Assembly (NCBI RefSeq): GCF_015058625.1
Contig: NZ_SVCA01000009.1
Strand: one strand, 5' to 3'
DNA length: 24,000 nt
From: Selenomonas ruminantium
GTDB lineage: Bacteria > Bacillota > Negativicutes > Selenomonadales > Selenomonadaceae
Part shown: positions 1 to 7,533 of the stretch, piece after piece
Layout: each line of letters begins with the position of its first letter
Numbering within the stretch: position 1 is the stretch's first letter
Position numbers and translations under genes: made by a program
The notes under the pieces: generated by a model
The model's database searches: none
Seen by the model: the letters and a program-made list of their open reading frames with translations, nothing else
What the model was told of the DNA's origin: nothing

Positions 1-550
1 GAACGTAGAAAAGGCCAGACTCGATAAGATTTTTGCCAACGCCGAAATCCGCACGATGATTACGGCCTTTGGTACGGGCATCAGTGATGATTTTGACCTC
101 GCAAAACGCCGCTATGGCAAAATCATCATCATGACCGATGCCGATGTGGACGGTGCCCACATTCGAACCCTGCTGCTGACCTTCCTCTATCGCTACATGA
201 AGCCGCTGATTGAGCATGGTCATGTGTTCATTGCCCAGCCGCCTCTCTATCAGATTCGCAAGGGCAAGAAGCATTGGTATACCTACAGCGATGAAGAACT
301 GGCAAGGAAGCTCGACGAGGTAGGTCGTGACGGTATTACCGTTCAGCGCTACAAAGGTCTGGGCGAAATGAATCCGGAACAGCTTTGGGAAACGACCATG
401 GACCCCGCCGGACGCACCATGCTGCGCGTGGAAATGGCCGATGCCGAAGCTGCCGACGAACTCTTCACCATTCTCATGGGCGATAAGGTAGAGCCGCGCC
501 GCCAGTTTATCGAAGAAAACGCCAAACTGGTTAGAAATCTGGATATTTAA
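1..550 (+). CDS. gyrB: DNA gyrase subunit B, C-terminal part (5' end lies outside the window)
   Basis: Frame 2 is open from the window edge. The translation [27 protein letters not shown]...[23 protein letters not shown]...[21 protein letters not shown] matches the conserved Toprim/C-terminal GyrB tail. Stop TAA is at 548-550. Confidence 0.95.
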   Translation, partial: NVEKARLDKIFANAEIRTMITAFGTGISDDFDLAKRRYGKIIIMTDADVDGAHIRTLLLTFLYRYMKPLIEHGHVFIAQPPLYQIRKGKKHWYTYSDEELARKLDEVGRDGITVQRYKGLGEMNPEQLWETTMDPAGRTMLRVEMADAEAADELFTILMGDKVEPRRQFIEENAKLVRNLDI

Positions 551-556
551 AAAAGC

Positions 557-588
557 TTCCCTGAGGATTATCTCAGGGAATTTTTTTT
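557..588 (+). terminator. Intrinsic terminator of gyrB
   Basis: The stem TTCCCTGAG/CTCAGGGAA (557-580) is followed by T8 (581-588), 7 nt after the gyrB stop. Confidence 0.85.
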
Positions 589-664
589 GCAGGTATTGGC
601 TTTTTTGTGTGGAAATAATAGATTTGGCAAGTGATATGTTATGGTGAATAAGAGGGGGGGTTGT

Positions 665-1091
665 ATGAAACGACAGGGGAAATTTTTGCGTATTGTATTG
701 GCGGCGGCTAATAATCCTCAGAGCCCCCATTATATTCCACCGGCCAATCGGATAGCGGTATTCAGAAAAGGTGGTGCTATCCGGGGAGCCTTTGTTGGAT
801 AATGGCAAGACCATGAAGATTTTTTCCCTGCTCAAACAGATTGGCAAAAAGCCGGTGCTCGCCTTTGGCAATTCAATGGGTGACAGCGGAATGTTTGAAT
901 ATACCTTACAGGATAATCCCTATAACAACGCCGCTTTCTGTGTGCTCTGTGATGATACGGAGCGCGAGCGGGGCAATGTAAAAAAAGCTGCCGCTATGCA
1001 GGAAACGGCACAGAAGCGCGGCTGGCAGACCATCTCCATGCGTGATGAATTCAAGACTATCTATGGTGACCAAGTAAAGCGGGCGGATTAG
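665..1091 (+). pseudogene. HAD-superfamily hydrolase remnant (disrupted)
   Basis: A short ORF from ATG 665 (MKRQGKFLRIVLAAANNPQSPHYIPPANRIAVF...) stops at about 802. A second frame (771-1091) encodes only a C-terminal HAD-like piece (PVLAFGNSMGDSGMFEYT, the GxSxxD motif IV region). The N-terminal DxDxT motif is absent. This fits an internal deletion or frameshift. Confidence 0.5.
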
Positions 1092-1109
1092 TAAATTTTA
1101 ATAAAATGA

Positions 1110-1156
1110 ATATATCGCAAGTTTTTAAACACTCACTTTAAAAACTTGCGATATAT
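1110..1156. terminator. Perfect 20-bp inverted repeat hairpin between the HAD remnant and the ATPase gene
   Basis: ATATATCGCAAGTTTTTAAA (1110-1129) and TTTAAAAACTTGCGATATAT (1137-1156) are exact reverse complements with a 7-nt loop. AT-rich flanks lie on both sides. It could be a bidirectional terminator or a protein-binding palindrome. Confidence 0.5.
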
Positions 1157-1194
1157 TTTATATTATTATATACTTTAGCTTAGGGAGGTGAGCT

Positions 1195-2400
1195 TTGATG
1201 ATAAATCGTCCGAAATATCTGGAACAGCTGCGTTATTGGAAAGAACGGGATGTTATTAAGGTGGTCACTGGTGTAAGGCGTTGTGGCAAATCGACAGTGT
1301 TAAAACTCTTTAGGCAGGAGTTACAGCAGTCGGGAGTGCCTGCGGAAAATATAATCGCTCTGAATCTGGAGGATTTTGAGGGAATAGACATAGTGGACTA
1401 TCGCCAGCTGCTCAAATATTTTATGGACAGGCTGCAGCCTGTCGGTATGAACTATCTGTTTATAGATGAGATACAACAAGTGGCAGGCTTTGAAAAAGCT
1501 GTAGATGCCTTGTATGTAAAGGATAACTGCGATGTTTACATAACTGGTTCCAACGCCAATATGTTATCTGGTGAGTTGGCTACGCTGCTTTCAGGCCGTT
1601 ATGTGAAGATAAAAATGCAGCCGTTATCTTTTGCTGAATACGTGGCAGCATATCCAAAGCAAAGTCCGGAGCGTCTTTATATGCAGTATTTGCAGAAGGG
1701 CTCATTCCCTTATGTGACTAATATTGATGAGCAGGTTTATGTAAATCAATATCTTAGTGGTATATTTGATACAATTATATTGAAGGACATAATGGCGAGA
1801 AAGAAATGTCCTGACCAGATTTTATTGAAAAAGATTGCCAGATTTTTGTTTGATAATATAGGGAATCCCTGTTCTACGAAGAAGATTGCAGATACACTAA
1901 CCTCAATGGGGACGAAGACCACGGTGCCTACTGTGGAAAAATACCTTAGCGCTTTGCAGGAAAGTTTTCTTTTTTATCATGCGGAAAGATATGATGTGAA
2001 GGGAAAGGAATATCTAAAGACTGGCGGAAAGTATTATGCAGTCGATATGGGGCTGCGAAGAATGGTTCTTGGTGATAAGTCCCCGGATATGGGGCATGTA
2101 TTGGAAAATATAATCTACTTGGAGTTAAAGCGCCGTTGGGACGAAGTTTATGTGGGCAAGGCAGGTGACAGCGAAATAGATTTTGTGGCCATGCAGAACG
2201 GAGAACGGTGCTATTACCAAGTGGCTTATACAGTTATGGATAATGATGGGAAGACACTAAAACGCGAGCTGGCACCGTTAAAAAGCGTAAAGGACTATTA
2301 TCAACGGTATTTGCTGACGATGGATTTAGTACCGCCTGTTTCCCATGAGGGGATAAAGCAGGTATATGCCTTGGACTGGCTCGTAGGAAACAGTGAATGA
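1195..2400 (+). CDS. AAA+ ATPase of the AAA_14 / DUF4143 type
   Basis: Walker A is GVRRCGKST and Walker B-like is LFIDEIQ. The long C-terminal region is typical of DUF4143 proteins. The RBS GGAGGTG at 1181-1187 favours ATG 1198 over TTG 1195 as the start. The gene is visibly more AT-rich than its neighbours. Confidence 0.85.
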   Translation: MMINRPKYLEQLRYWKERDVIKVVTGVRRCGKSTVLKLFRQELQQSGVPAENIIALNLEDFEGIDIVDYRQLLKYFMDRLQPVGMNYLFIDEIQQVAGFEKAVDALYVKDNCDVYITGSNANMLSGELATLLSGRYVKIKMQPLSFAEYVAAYPKQSPERLYMQYLQKGSFPYVTNIDEQVYVNQYLSGIFDTIILKDIMARKKCPDQILLKKIARFLFDNIGNPCSTKKIADTLTSMGTKTTVPTVEKYLSALQESFLFYHAERYDVKGKEYLKTGGKYYAVDMGLRRMVLGDKSPDMGHVLENIIYLELKRRWDEVYVGKAGDSEIDFVAMQNGERCYYQVAYTVMDNDGKTLKRELAPLKSVKDYYQRYLLTMDLVPPVSHEGIKQVYALDWLVGNSE

Positions 2401-2437
2401 CTGTTAAGGGAAAAATAATTTTTTAGCAAATTTTAAT

Positions 2438-2466
2438 TTGACATTCTGTTTTTTTATGGTATATTA
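2438..2466 (+). promoter_or_regulatory. Sigma-70-type promoter of the riboswitch-terC-htpX unit
   Basis: TTGACA (2438-2443) is followed 16-17 nt later by TATATT/ATATTA (2460-2466), preceded by TGG. It lies directly upstream of the riboswitch. Confidence 0.6.
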
Positions 2467-2477
2467 ACAGTATGAAT

Positions 2478-2616
2478 CCCGTACAAGGGGAGTAGCTGAA
2501 CGGTCAGATATCGTCAATACGGTGCAGAGCACCCGGTCTGAACGGCTATAGTTAGTAAGCGAGACCTTGTCTTACAGGCAGCCTTAGGGCGGCGTGTAGG
2601 GCGAGGTCTTTTTGGT
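2478..2616 (+). promoter_or_regulatory. yybP-ykoY (Mn2+) riboswitch with intrinsic terminator expression platform
   Basis: The conserved family blocks are present: CAAGGGGAGUAGC (2484-2496), GUCAAUAC (2513-2520) and UAAGCGAGACCUUGU (2556-2570). The P1 strands ACAAGG/CCUUGU pair. A 16-bp terminator stem (2561-2576 with 2595-2610, including G-U pairs) plus T5 re-uses the 3' P1 strand, which is the architecture of an ON switch. The downstream gene is TerC family, the classical genetic context. Confidence 0.85.
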
Positions 2617-2649
2617 ATTTATTTGTGTAAAAAAGGAGTTTGAACAGTT

Positions 2650-3372
2650 ATGATGGAATCTTTATTTGCAGGGATGTTCAGTCCCGAATGGTTTGCGGCG
2701 TTATCAGGTATTCTGCTGCTGGATATTCTGTTATCCGGCGATAATGCGATTCTGATTGCGCTGGCCTGCAAGAATCTGCCGGAGCATCATAAGAAAAAAG
2801 CCATCTTTATCGGTGGCTTTGGTGCGGTGTTTATCCGTATCGTATGTACGCTCTTTGCTACGAGCGTATTGGCAGCTCCCTATATCGAGTTTATCGGCGG
2901 TGCGGCGCTCCTGTATATTGCCGTGAAACTGTTGACCGACCATAAGGAAAATAACGAGGAAGGCGAAGCACCGGCCAGCTTTGGCGCAGCTGTACGCACG
3001 ATTCTGATTGCTGACTTCATCATGAGCATCGATAATATCCTGTCGCTGGCTGGTGTGGCCAATACGGTGCCGGAAGGCAAGTGGAGCCTGATTATCTGCG
3101 GTCTTTTGATTTCCATCCCCATCGTGCTCTTTGGGGCGCAGATTTTTCTCAAACTCATGCAGAAGGTGCCTGCCCTTATCTATGGCGGTGCGGCTATCCT
3201 TGGCTGGACGGCGGCAGAACTTATGGTTGCCGATAAGGGGTTAGGCATGTATTTTGAGCCGTATGCTCTGGCCATGAAGGTTGGTTTTGTTGCGATTGTA
3301 TTGAGCATCGGTTATTATTTGAACAGACGCTATGCGAAAGAAGAAAAGTTGGGAGTGACAAACAATGAATAA
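2650..3372 (+). CDS. TerC-family integral membrane protein (YkoY/YjbE-like)
   Basis: The protein is polytopic and hydrophobic, with the duplicated DN motifs LSGDNAILIAL and MSIDNILSLAG. It lies behind a Mn2+ riboswitch. Confidence 0.9.
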   Translation: MMESLFAGMFSPEWFAALSGILLLDILLSGDNAILIALACKNLPEHHKKKAIFIGGFGAVFIRIVCTLFATSVLAAPYIEFIGGAALLYIAVKLLTDHKENNEEGEAPASFGAAVRTILIADFIMSIDNILSLAGVANTVPEGKWSLIICGLLISIPIVLFGAQIFLKLMQKVPALIYGGAAILGWTAAELMVADKGLGMYFEPYALAMKVGFVAIVLSIGYYLNRRYAKEEKLGVTNNE

Positions 3373-4213
3373 TTTGAAGACCTTAATGCTCATGGTGCTG
3401 CTCTGCGCCATCATGATTTTCATCGGCGGCCTTGTGGGCGGCAAGGGCGGCATGATGGTTATGCTTATGATTTCGCTGGGGATGAATTTCTTTTCCTACT
3501 GGTTCAGCGATTCTGTGGTACTCAAGATGTACAATGCCCGCGAAGTCAGTCGGGAAGAAGCGCCGCAGCTCTATGGTCTGGTCGAAAATCTGGCCGCCAA
3601 TGCCGAGCTGCCTATGCCAAGAGTCTATATCATTAACGAAGATACGCCCAATGCCTTTGCGACCGGCCGCAATCCGTCCCATGCTGCGGTAGCGGTAACG
3701 ACGGGGATTATGCGGGCCTTGGATTATAACGAGTTGTCCGGCGTTTTGGGACATGAACTGGCCCATGTGAAAAACCGCGATATCCTGACGGGCACGATTG
3801 CGGCGATGATGGCTACGGTCATCACCTATACGGCACAGTTCTTTGCCTTCTTCGGCGGCCGCAGTGATGATGATGAAGGCGGCAATCCGATTGCGGCGCT
3901 GTTGATGGTCTTTCTCGCGCCGCTGGCTGCCAGTCTGATTCAGATGGCGATTTCCCGCTCCCGTGAGTATGAAGCCGACCATGATGGTGCCGAAATCTGC
4001 GGCAACGCCAACTATTTGGCAGATGCCCTCGAAAAAATCGAGTATTATGCCTTGAATGGCCGCCAGATGCAGGATGCCACACCGGCTACGGCCCATATGT
4101 TCATCATCAATCCGTTCAGCGGGATTGGTTCGACGATGAGCAAGCTCTTCAGCACCCATCCCGATACCAGCGACCGTATCGCCCGCCTGCGTGCCCAGGC
4201 GGCTGGCAGATAA
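3365..4213 (+). CDS. htpX: Zinc metalloprotease HtpX (peptidase M48)
   Basis: It has N-terminal TM segments, the HELAHVKNRD (HExxH) motif, and the downstream EYEADxxGA and STHPDTSDRI motifs. Its start ATG overlaps the terC-family stop by 8 nt (ATGAATAA). Confidence 0.92.
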   Translation: MNNLKTLMLMVLLCAIMIFIGGLVGGKGGMMVMLMISLGMNFFSYWFSDSVVLKMYNAREVSREEAPQLYGLVENLAANAELPMPRVYIINEDTPNAFATGRNPSHAAVAVTTGIMRALDYNELSGVLGHELAHVKNRDILTGTIAAMMATVITYTAQFFAFFGGRSDDDEGGNPIAALLMVFLAPLAASLIQMAISRSREYEADHDGAEICGNANYLADALEKIEYYALNGRQMQDATPATAHMFIINPFSGIGSTMSKLFSTHPDTSDRIARLRAQAAGR

Positions 4214-4228
4214 ACGTTTCTATGTAAT

Positions 4229-4304
4229 AAAAGAGCGGTATAAACTTTTCTGTAGCGTTTGACAAGTTTGTCTAAGCGAAAGAAAAGTTTATACCGCTCT
4301 TTTT
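4229..4304. terminator. Bidirectional terminator between convergent htpX and the kinase-like gene
   Basis: A stem of about 23 bp, AAAAGAGCGGTATAAACTTTTCT (4229-4251) with AGAAAAGTTTATACCGCTCTTTTT (4281-4304), has an A-run before and a T-run after. Confidence 0.85.
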
Positions 4305-4314
4305 ATGTATGATG

Positions 4315-4911
4315 TTATTTTATCAGTTTATCGAATTCTTCCTGTGCCAGTGGTCTGGTCAGCCCCATAATCGCCAGCAGCTGAATCAGTGCTGTGGATT
4401 TATCACAGGTATTGCGGATGATGTGGCTGCAGACTTTCCACAAATCAAATTCCTTGTTATTCTCGGCATATTGCAGATGGTATTTGATTTCGTCATTGGT
4501 ATAGCCCATACGCAGAAGTCGGTCTACCAGCGTCACATAATCCACCATCAGGAAGATGGTTTCCAGTCTTTTCTTGATGAGTTTGCTTAACGGTTTAAGC
4601 CCCGTGATTTCCAAGATAATCACGCTGATGGCATGATCGCGCAGGGAATCTAAGACGTCATCCTTGCGGTAGCCATAACTATGGCCTTTGTGGGTGAATT
4701 CCACCACAAAATCCATCTGGGCAAATTCTTCCGGGGTGACGGTTTTGTAGAGCTTTTCCCGGGATAAGTTATAGCGGGTGCGTTTGTGGTTACTGAATTC
4801 CTGGGTGGTGTAAACAGGGATAAAATGAATCCCCATAGCCTGCAGCTGGGTGGCCATAGTGGCTTTGCCGGAGGCTTGTGCGCCCATCAGTGCGTAAATT
4901 TTGTTTTCCAT
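4315..4911 (-). CDS. Divergent guanylate-kinase-like P-loop protein
   Basis: The P-loop is GAQASGKAT. The overall layout resembles guanylate kinase (core, lid, and C-terminal helix ...IIRNT.DKSTALIQLL), but the GMP-binding residues are not recognisable. I prefer ATG at 4911 (MENKIYALMG, RBS AAGGA 8 nt upstream) to the ORF-track start at 4944. Confidence 0.6.
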   Translation of the reverse strand: MENKIYALMGAQASGKATMATQLQAMGIHFIPVYTTQEFSNHKRTRYNLSREKLYKTVTPEEFAQMDFVVEFTHKGHSYGYRKDDVLDSLRDHAISVIILEITGLKPLSKLIKKRLETIFLMVDYVTLVDRLLRMGYTNDEIKYHLQYAENNKEFDLWKVCSHIIRNTCDKSTALIQLLAIMGLTRPLAQEEFDKLIK

Positions 4912-4942
4912 ATCACAAATCCTTATTTTCAAAGGGCAATAC

Positions 4943-4974
4943 AAAAGCGGGAACTACCGAACGTTCCCGCTTTT
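4943..4974. terminator. Terminator-like hairpin in the divergent intergenic region
   Basis: The structure is AAAA-GCGGGAAC-(8 nt loop)-GTTCCCGC-TTTT. It lies in the 5' leader of the minus-strand kinase-like gene. Confidence 0.4.
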
Positions 4975-5199
4975 GCCGCCTCTATACCTTCTGCCTACAA
5001 CGATACACTAGATATCGTTGTTCTCCCTCTTTTATAATACAACACTTGCCATATGATTTCAATAGAAAAATGTAATTTATGTAAATTTAGGGAAATGGTG
5101 GCAGCTAAAAGGGTTTTTGAATTTCTCGGCGAATATATTATATTAGTATACAGCTATAATATACAGCAAAAATTTAAGCATTTATGGGGAGGGGATAAA

Positions 5200-6195
5200 A
5201 TGTATTTTTATTGTGAGAAATGTAAGAAACCATATCCGTTGAACACGCACTCCTATATCTGTGAGTGCGGGGGCATGTTCCGCCTGCATAAGGACCCGAT
5301 GGACGAAGTGCATAATGAGATTACACTGGGGGAAGTGGAGACGCCCTTACTGCCGTTGAAGGTGGGGAAACTGGATGTGCTGCTGAAATTGGAAAATCTG
5401 CAGCCTACCGGTTCCTTTAAGGACAGAGGTGCACATACGCTGATTAATGAAATCCATCATCTGGGCATCAAGAAGATTGCTCTGGATTCGGCAGGCAATG
5501 CCGGTGCTTCCATGGCTGCTTATGCCGCAGCTGCCGGGATTGAATGTACGGTTTATGTGCCGGATGATATTTCCCCGGAGATGAGCAAACAGATTGAGGC
5601 CTATGGTGCCAAAATCGTCAAGGTACCCAATGGACGCATGAGCACCTGTGCTGCCGTGAAGAAGAATCTGGGGGATGCTTACTATGCTTCCCATGTTTAT
5701 AATCCCTTGTTCTTTGAAGGGATGCGCCCGATGGCCAAGGAAATCTACAAACAGCTGGGCAACAGGATTCCTGAGTATGTCTTTATGCCGGTGGGCAATG
5801 GCACGATGATGATTGGCCTGTATTTAGGCTTTATGGAACTGGGTCGTCTGCCGCATTTCGTGGCCGTACAGAGCTCCAAGTGTGCACCGCTTTATGAGGC
5901 ATTCAAGGTGACGGATGAACAGCCGAAAAAGACTACCATTGCGCATGCTATCCGCATTGAACACCCGAAGCGCATCACGACGATGCTGGAAATCCTCAAG
6001 CAGACCGGCGGTGATGTGGTGACGGTTGAGGATGCCGAAATCCTCAAAGCCAAGAAATATTTAGGTTCCAAGGGCGTATATGCAGAACTGACTTCCGCCG
6101 CAGCTTTGGCCGGAGCCGAAAAGTTCTTTGCCGCAGGCAAGCCGGATAACTACAAGGTGGTTATTCCCATCACGGGCAGCGGGCTCAAGCGCTGA
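5200..6195 (+). CDS. Threonine-synthase-like PLP-dependent enzyme with N-terminal zinc ribbon
   Basis: The PLP lysine motif GSFKDRG and the PALP fold pattern (GNAGAS, PVGNGT) are present. An N-terminal CxxC...CxC ribbon (CEKCKK...CECGG) is also present. I prefer the start at ATG 5200 (RBS GGGGAGGGG 5-6 nt upstream). The ORF-track extension back to 5053 is AT-rich and lacks an RBS. Confidence 0.8.
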   Translation: MYFYCEKCKKPYPLNTHSYICECGGMFRLHKDPMDEVHNEITLGEVETPLLPLKVGKLDVLLKLENLQPTGSFKDRGAHTLINEIHHLGIKKIALDSAGNAGASMAAYAAAAGIECTVYVPDDISPEMSKQIEAYGAKIVKVPNGRMSTCAAVKKNLGDAYYASHVYNPLFFEGMRPMAKEIYKQLGNRIPEYVFMPVGNGTMMIGLYLGFMELGRLPHFVAVQSSKCAPLYEAFKVTDEQPKKTTIAHAIRIEHPKRITTMLEILKQTGGDVVTVEDAEILKAKKYLGSKGVYAELTSAAALAGAEKFFAAGKPDNYKVVIPITGSGLKR

Positions 6196-6227
6196 TTTTG
6201 CCGTAAACGTGTACAGGAGAAGAAGAT

Positions 6228-7136
6228 ATGCTGCATGGGATAATTGATATTGGATCCAACACCATTCGCATGGCGGTGTATCTCATTGAGGGCGGCCATT
6301 TTGAACAGCTGATGAAACGCAAGGAAACTGTGGGACTGGCTTCCTATGTGGAGGACGGCATTATGCAGCAGGAGGGCATAGACCGGGCGGTGGAGACACT
6401 GCAGGAATACAAGAAACTTCTGCAGTGTTTCAATATTACCCAGGTGGATGCTTTTACCACAGCGGCTTTGCGCAATGCCCAAAACAGCCGACAGGCCGTA
6501 GGGGAAATCGAAAGCCGCACAGGCATAAAAATCCGGGTTATCAGCGGTGACGAGGAAGCCACCCTGGATTTCATCGGCGCTACCCACAGCCTCAATAATG
6601 CCTCAGGGCTCTTAATTGATATTGGCGGCGGCAGTACGGAAATCGTCACTTACCGCAACCGTCAGATTCAGTACAAGACCAGCCTGCCCATTGGCTCCTT
6701 GAGCTTTGCCAAGAAATATGTGAGTTACGTCCTGCCCACAATGAATGAATGTCTGGAAATGTACGGTGAGGCGGAGGCTACCGTTGGGGCTGCTGCGGAC
6801 TTCATCAACATCTGCGAGGCGGAAATCGTGGGCATTGGCGGCACCTTCAAAGGGGCCTGCGCCCTGAATAATGAGCTCTTCAATCTTCCCGCAGCCAATC
6901 GGCGTCTGGAAACGAAAAATATCCGTCCCATTATCGGCAACTTCATCGGCGATTTGGGCATGACTCAGGAGATGGCTGTGGCGCTGATGCGCTCCGTGCC
7001 GGAGAGGATACAGACCATTATCCCGGGGCTGGTCATTGCTAATGTGCTGGCAAGGCGGTTTCAGAGTCACTGGATTACCTATAGTGACTCCGGGGTTAGA
7101 GAAGGGTATATTTACAGTCATATTATTGACAAATAA
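6228..7136 (+). CDS. Ppx/GppA-family phosphatase (exopolyphosphatase-like, single N-terminal module)
   Basis: It carries the ASKHA-fold signatures IIDIGSNTIRMAVY, ISGDEEA and LLIDIGGGSTE. Confidence 0.85.
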   Translation: MLHGIIDIGSNTIRMAVYLIEGGHFEQLMKRKETVGLASYVEDGIMQQEGIDRAVETLQEYKKLLQCFNITQVDAFTTAALRNAQNSRQAVGEIESRTGIKIRVISGDEEATLDFIGATHSLNNASGLLIDIGGGSTEIVTYRNRQIQYKTSLPIGSLSFAKKYVSYVLPTMNECLEMYGEAEATVGAAADFINICEAEIVGIGGTFKGACALNNELFNLPAANRRLETKNIRPIIGNFIGDLGMTQEMAVALMRSVPERIQTIIPGLVIANVLARRFQSHWITYSDSGVREGYIYSHIIDK

Positions 7137-7138
7137 AG

Positions 7139-7170
7139 AAAAAGCATTTGCCTATTACTAGGGCAAATGC
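7139..7170 (-). terminator. Hairpin with a U-tract on the minus strand (proposed end of the small-peptide mRNA)
   Basis: GCATTTGCC (7144-7152) pairs with GGCAAATGC (7162-7170). On the minus strand it is followed by U5 (complement of A 7139-7143). On the plus strand it is followed by TATAATAACG, which is a poor U-tract. Confidence 0.5.
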
Positions 7171-7176
7171 TATAAT
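7148..7176 (+). promoter_or_regulatory. Candidate promoter of an antisense small RNA
   Basis: TTGCCT (7148-7153), an exact 17-nt spacer, then consensus TATAAT (7171-7176). Confidence 0.5.
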
Positions 7177-7182
7177 AACGGT

Positions 7183-7273
7183 AAAGAAGGTGCCGCCTAG
7201 CGGTCGCCCTCGGTTAGATTTTCATATTATAAAAACCGCCGAAGTTTGCGAGGCTAGGGCGGTTTATTTTTTT
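7183..7273 (+). ncRNA. Candidate antisense (antitoxin-like) RNA of about 90 nt
   Basis: It would start about 7 nt after the TATAAT box and end at the hairpin 7233-7265 plus TTTATTTTTTT. It contains no ORF. It is fully complementary to the 3' region of the minus-strand small-peptide transcript. Confidence 0.4.
7233..7273. terminator. Bidirectional hairpin terminator shared by convergent small transcripts
   Basis: AAACCGCC (7233-7240) pairs with GGCGGTTT (7258-7265). A5 lies upstream and a T-rich run (7263-7273) downstream. Confidence 0.7.
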
Positions 7274-7326
7274 ATCTCTATAAGGATGAGCAAAACTAGA
7301 AGTAATACAACGATTAACTCATTCAT
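7264..7326 (-). CDS. 20-aa hydrophobic peptide MNELIVVLLLVLLILIEIKK (candidate type I toxin or small membrane peptide)
   Basis: The ORF runs from ATG 7326 to TAA 7264. An SD GGGGG (complement of 7334-7338) lies 7 nt upstream. A strong minus-strand promoter is upstream, and a hairpin starts at the stop codon. The peptide is below the ORF-track size cutoff. Confidence 0.5.
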   Translation of the reverse strand: MNELIVVLLLVLLILIEIKK

Positions 7327-7381
7327 AGGCGAACCCCCAGTTGAGGGCAAATATTGACCGCCAAACAGCACCTTTAGCTAT

Positions 7382-7409
7382 AGTATAACAGTGTGTATAG
7401 TGATGTCAA
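7382..7409 (-). promoter_or_regulatory. Promoter of the small-peptide transcript
   Basis: On the minus strand: TTGACA (7409-7404), a 16-nt spacer, then TATACT (7387-7382). Confidence 0.6.
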
Positions 7410-7448
7410 TTATAAGATACAGAATAAGCCAGGCGATAGCTTGGCTTT

Positions 7449-7477
7449 TTGCTTTTTGAGCGTAGAAATGATATAAT
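7449..7477 (+). promoter_or_regulatory. Candidate gyrA promoter
   Basis: TTGCTT (7449-7454), a 17-nt spacer, then TATAAT (7472-7477), about 55 nt upstream of the gyrA start. Confidence 0.5.
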
Positions 7478-7533
7478 AAAGTGTTGATTTTTAGCTAATT
7501 GGTTATGTAAGAAATAGATTATGAGGTGAGATT

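Noticed and set aside
5053-5199. The N-terminal 49-aa extension of the ThrC-like ORF proposed by the ORF track.
   Set aside because: The extension is AT-rich and promoter-like and has no RBS. ATG 5200 has a strong SD and begins exactly at the zinc-ribbon motif.
7148-7357. A 69-aa plus-strand ORF in the ppx-gyrA intergenic region.
   Set aside because: It starts with a non-ATG codon inside a hairpin, runs through a promoter and a strong bidirectional terminator, and has no RBS. Convergent small transcripts explain the region better.
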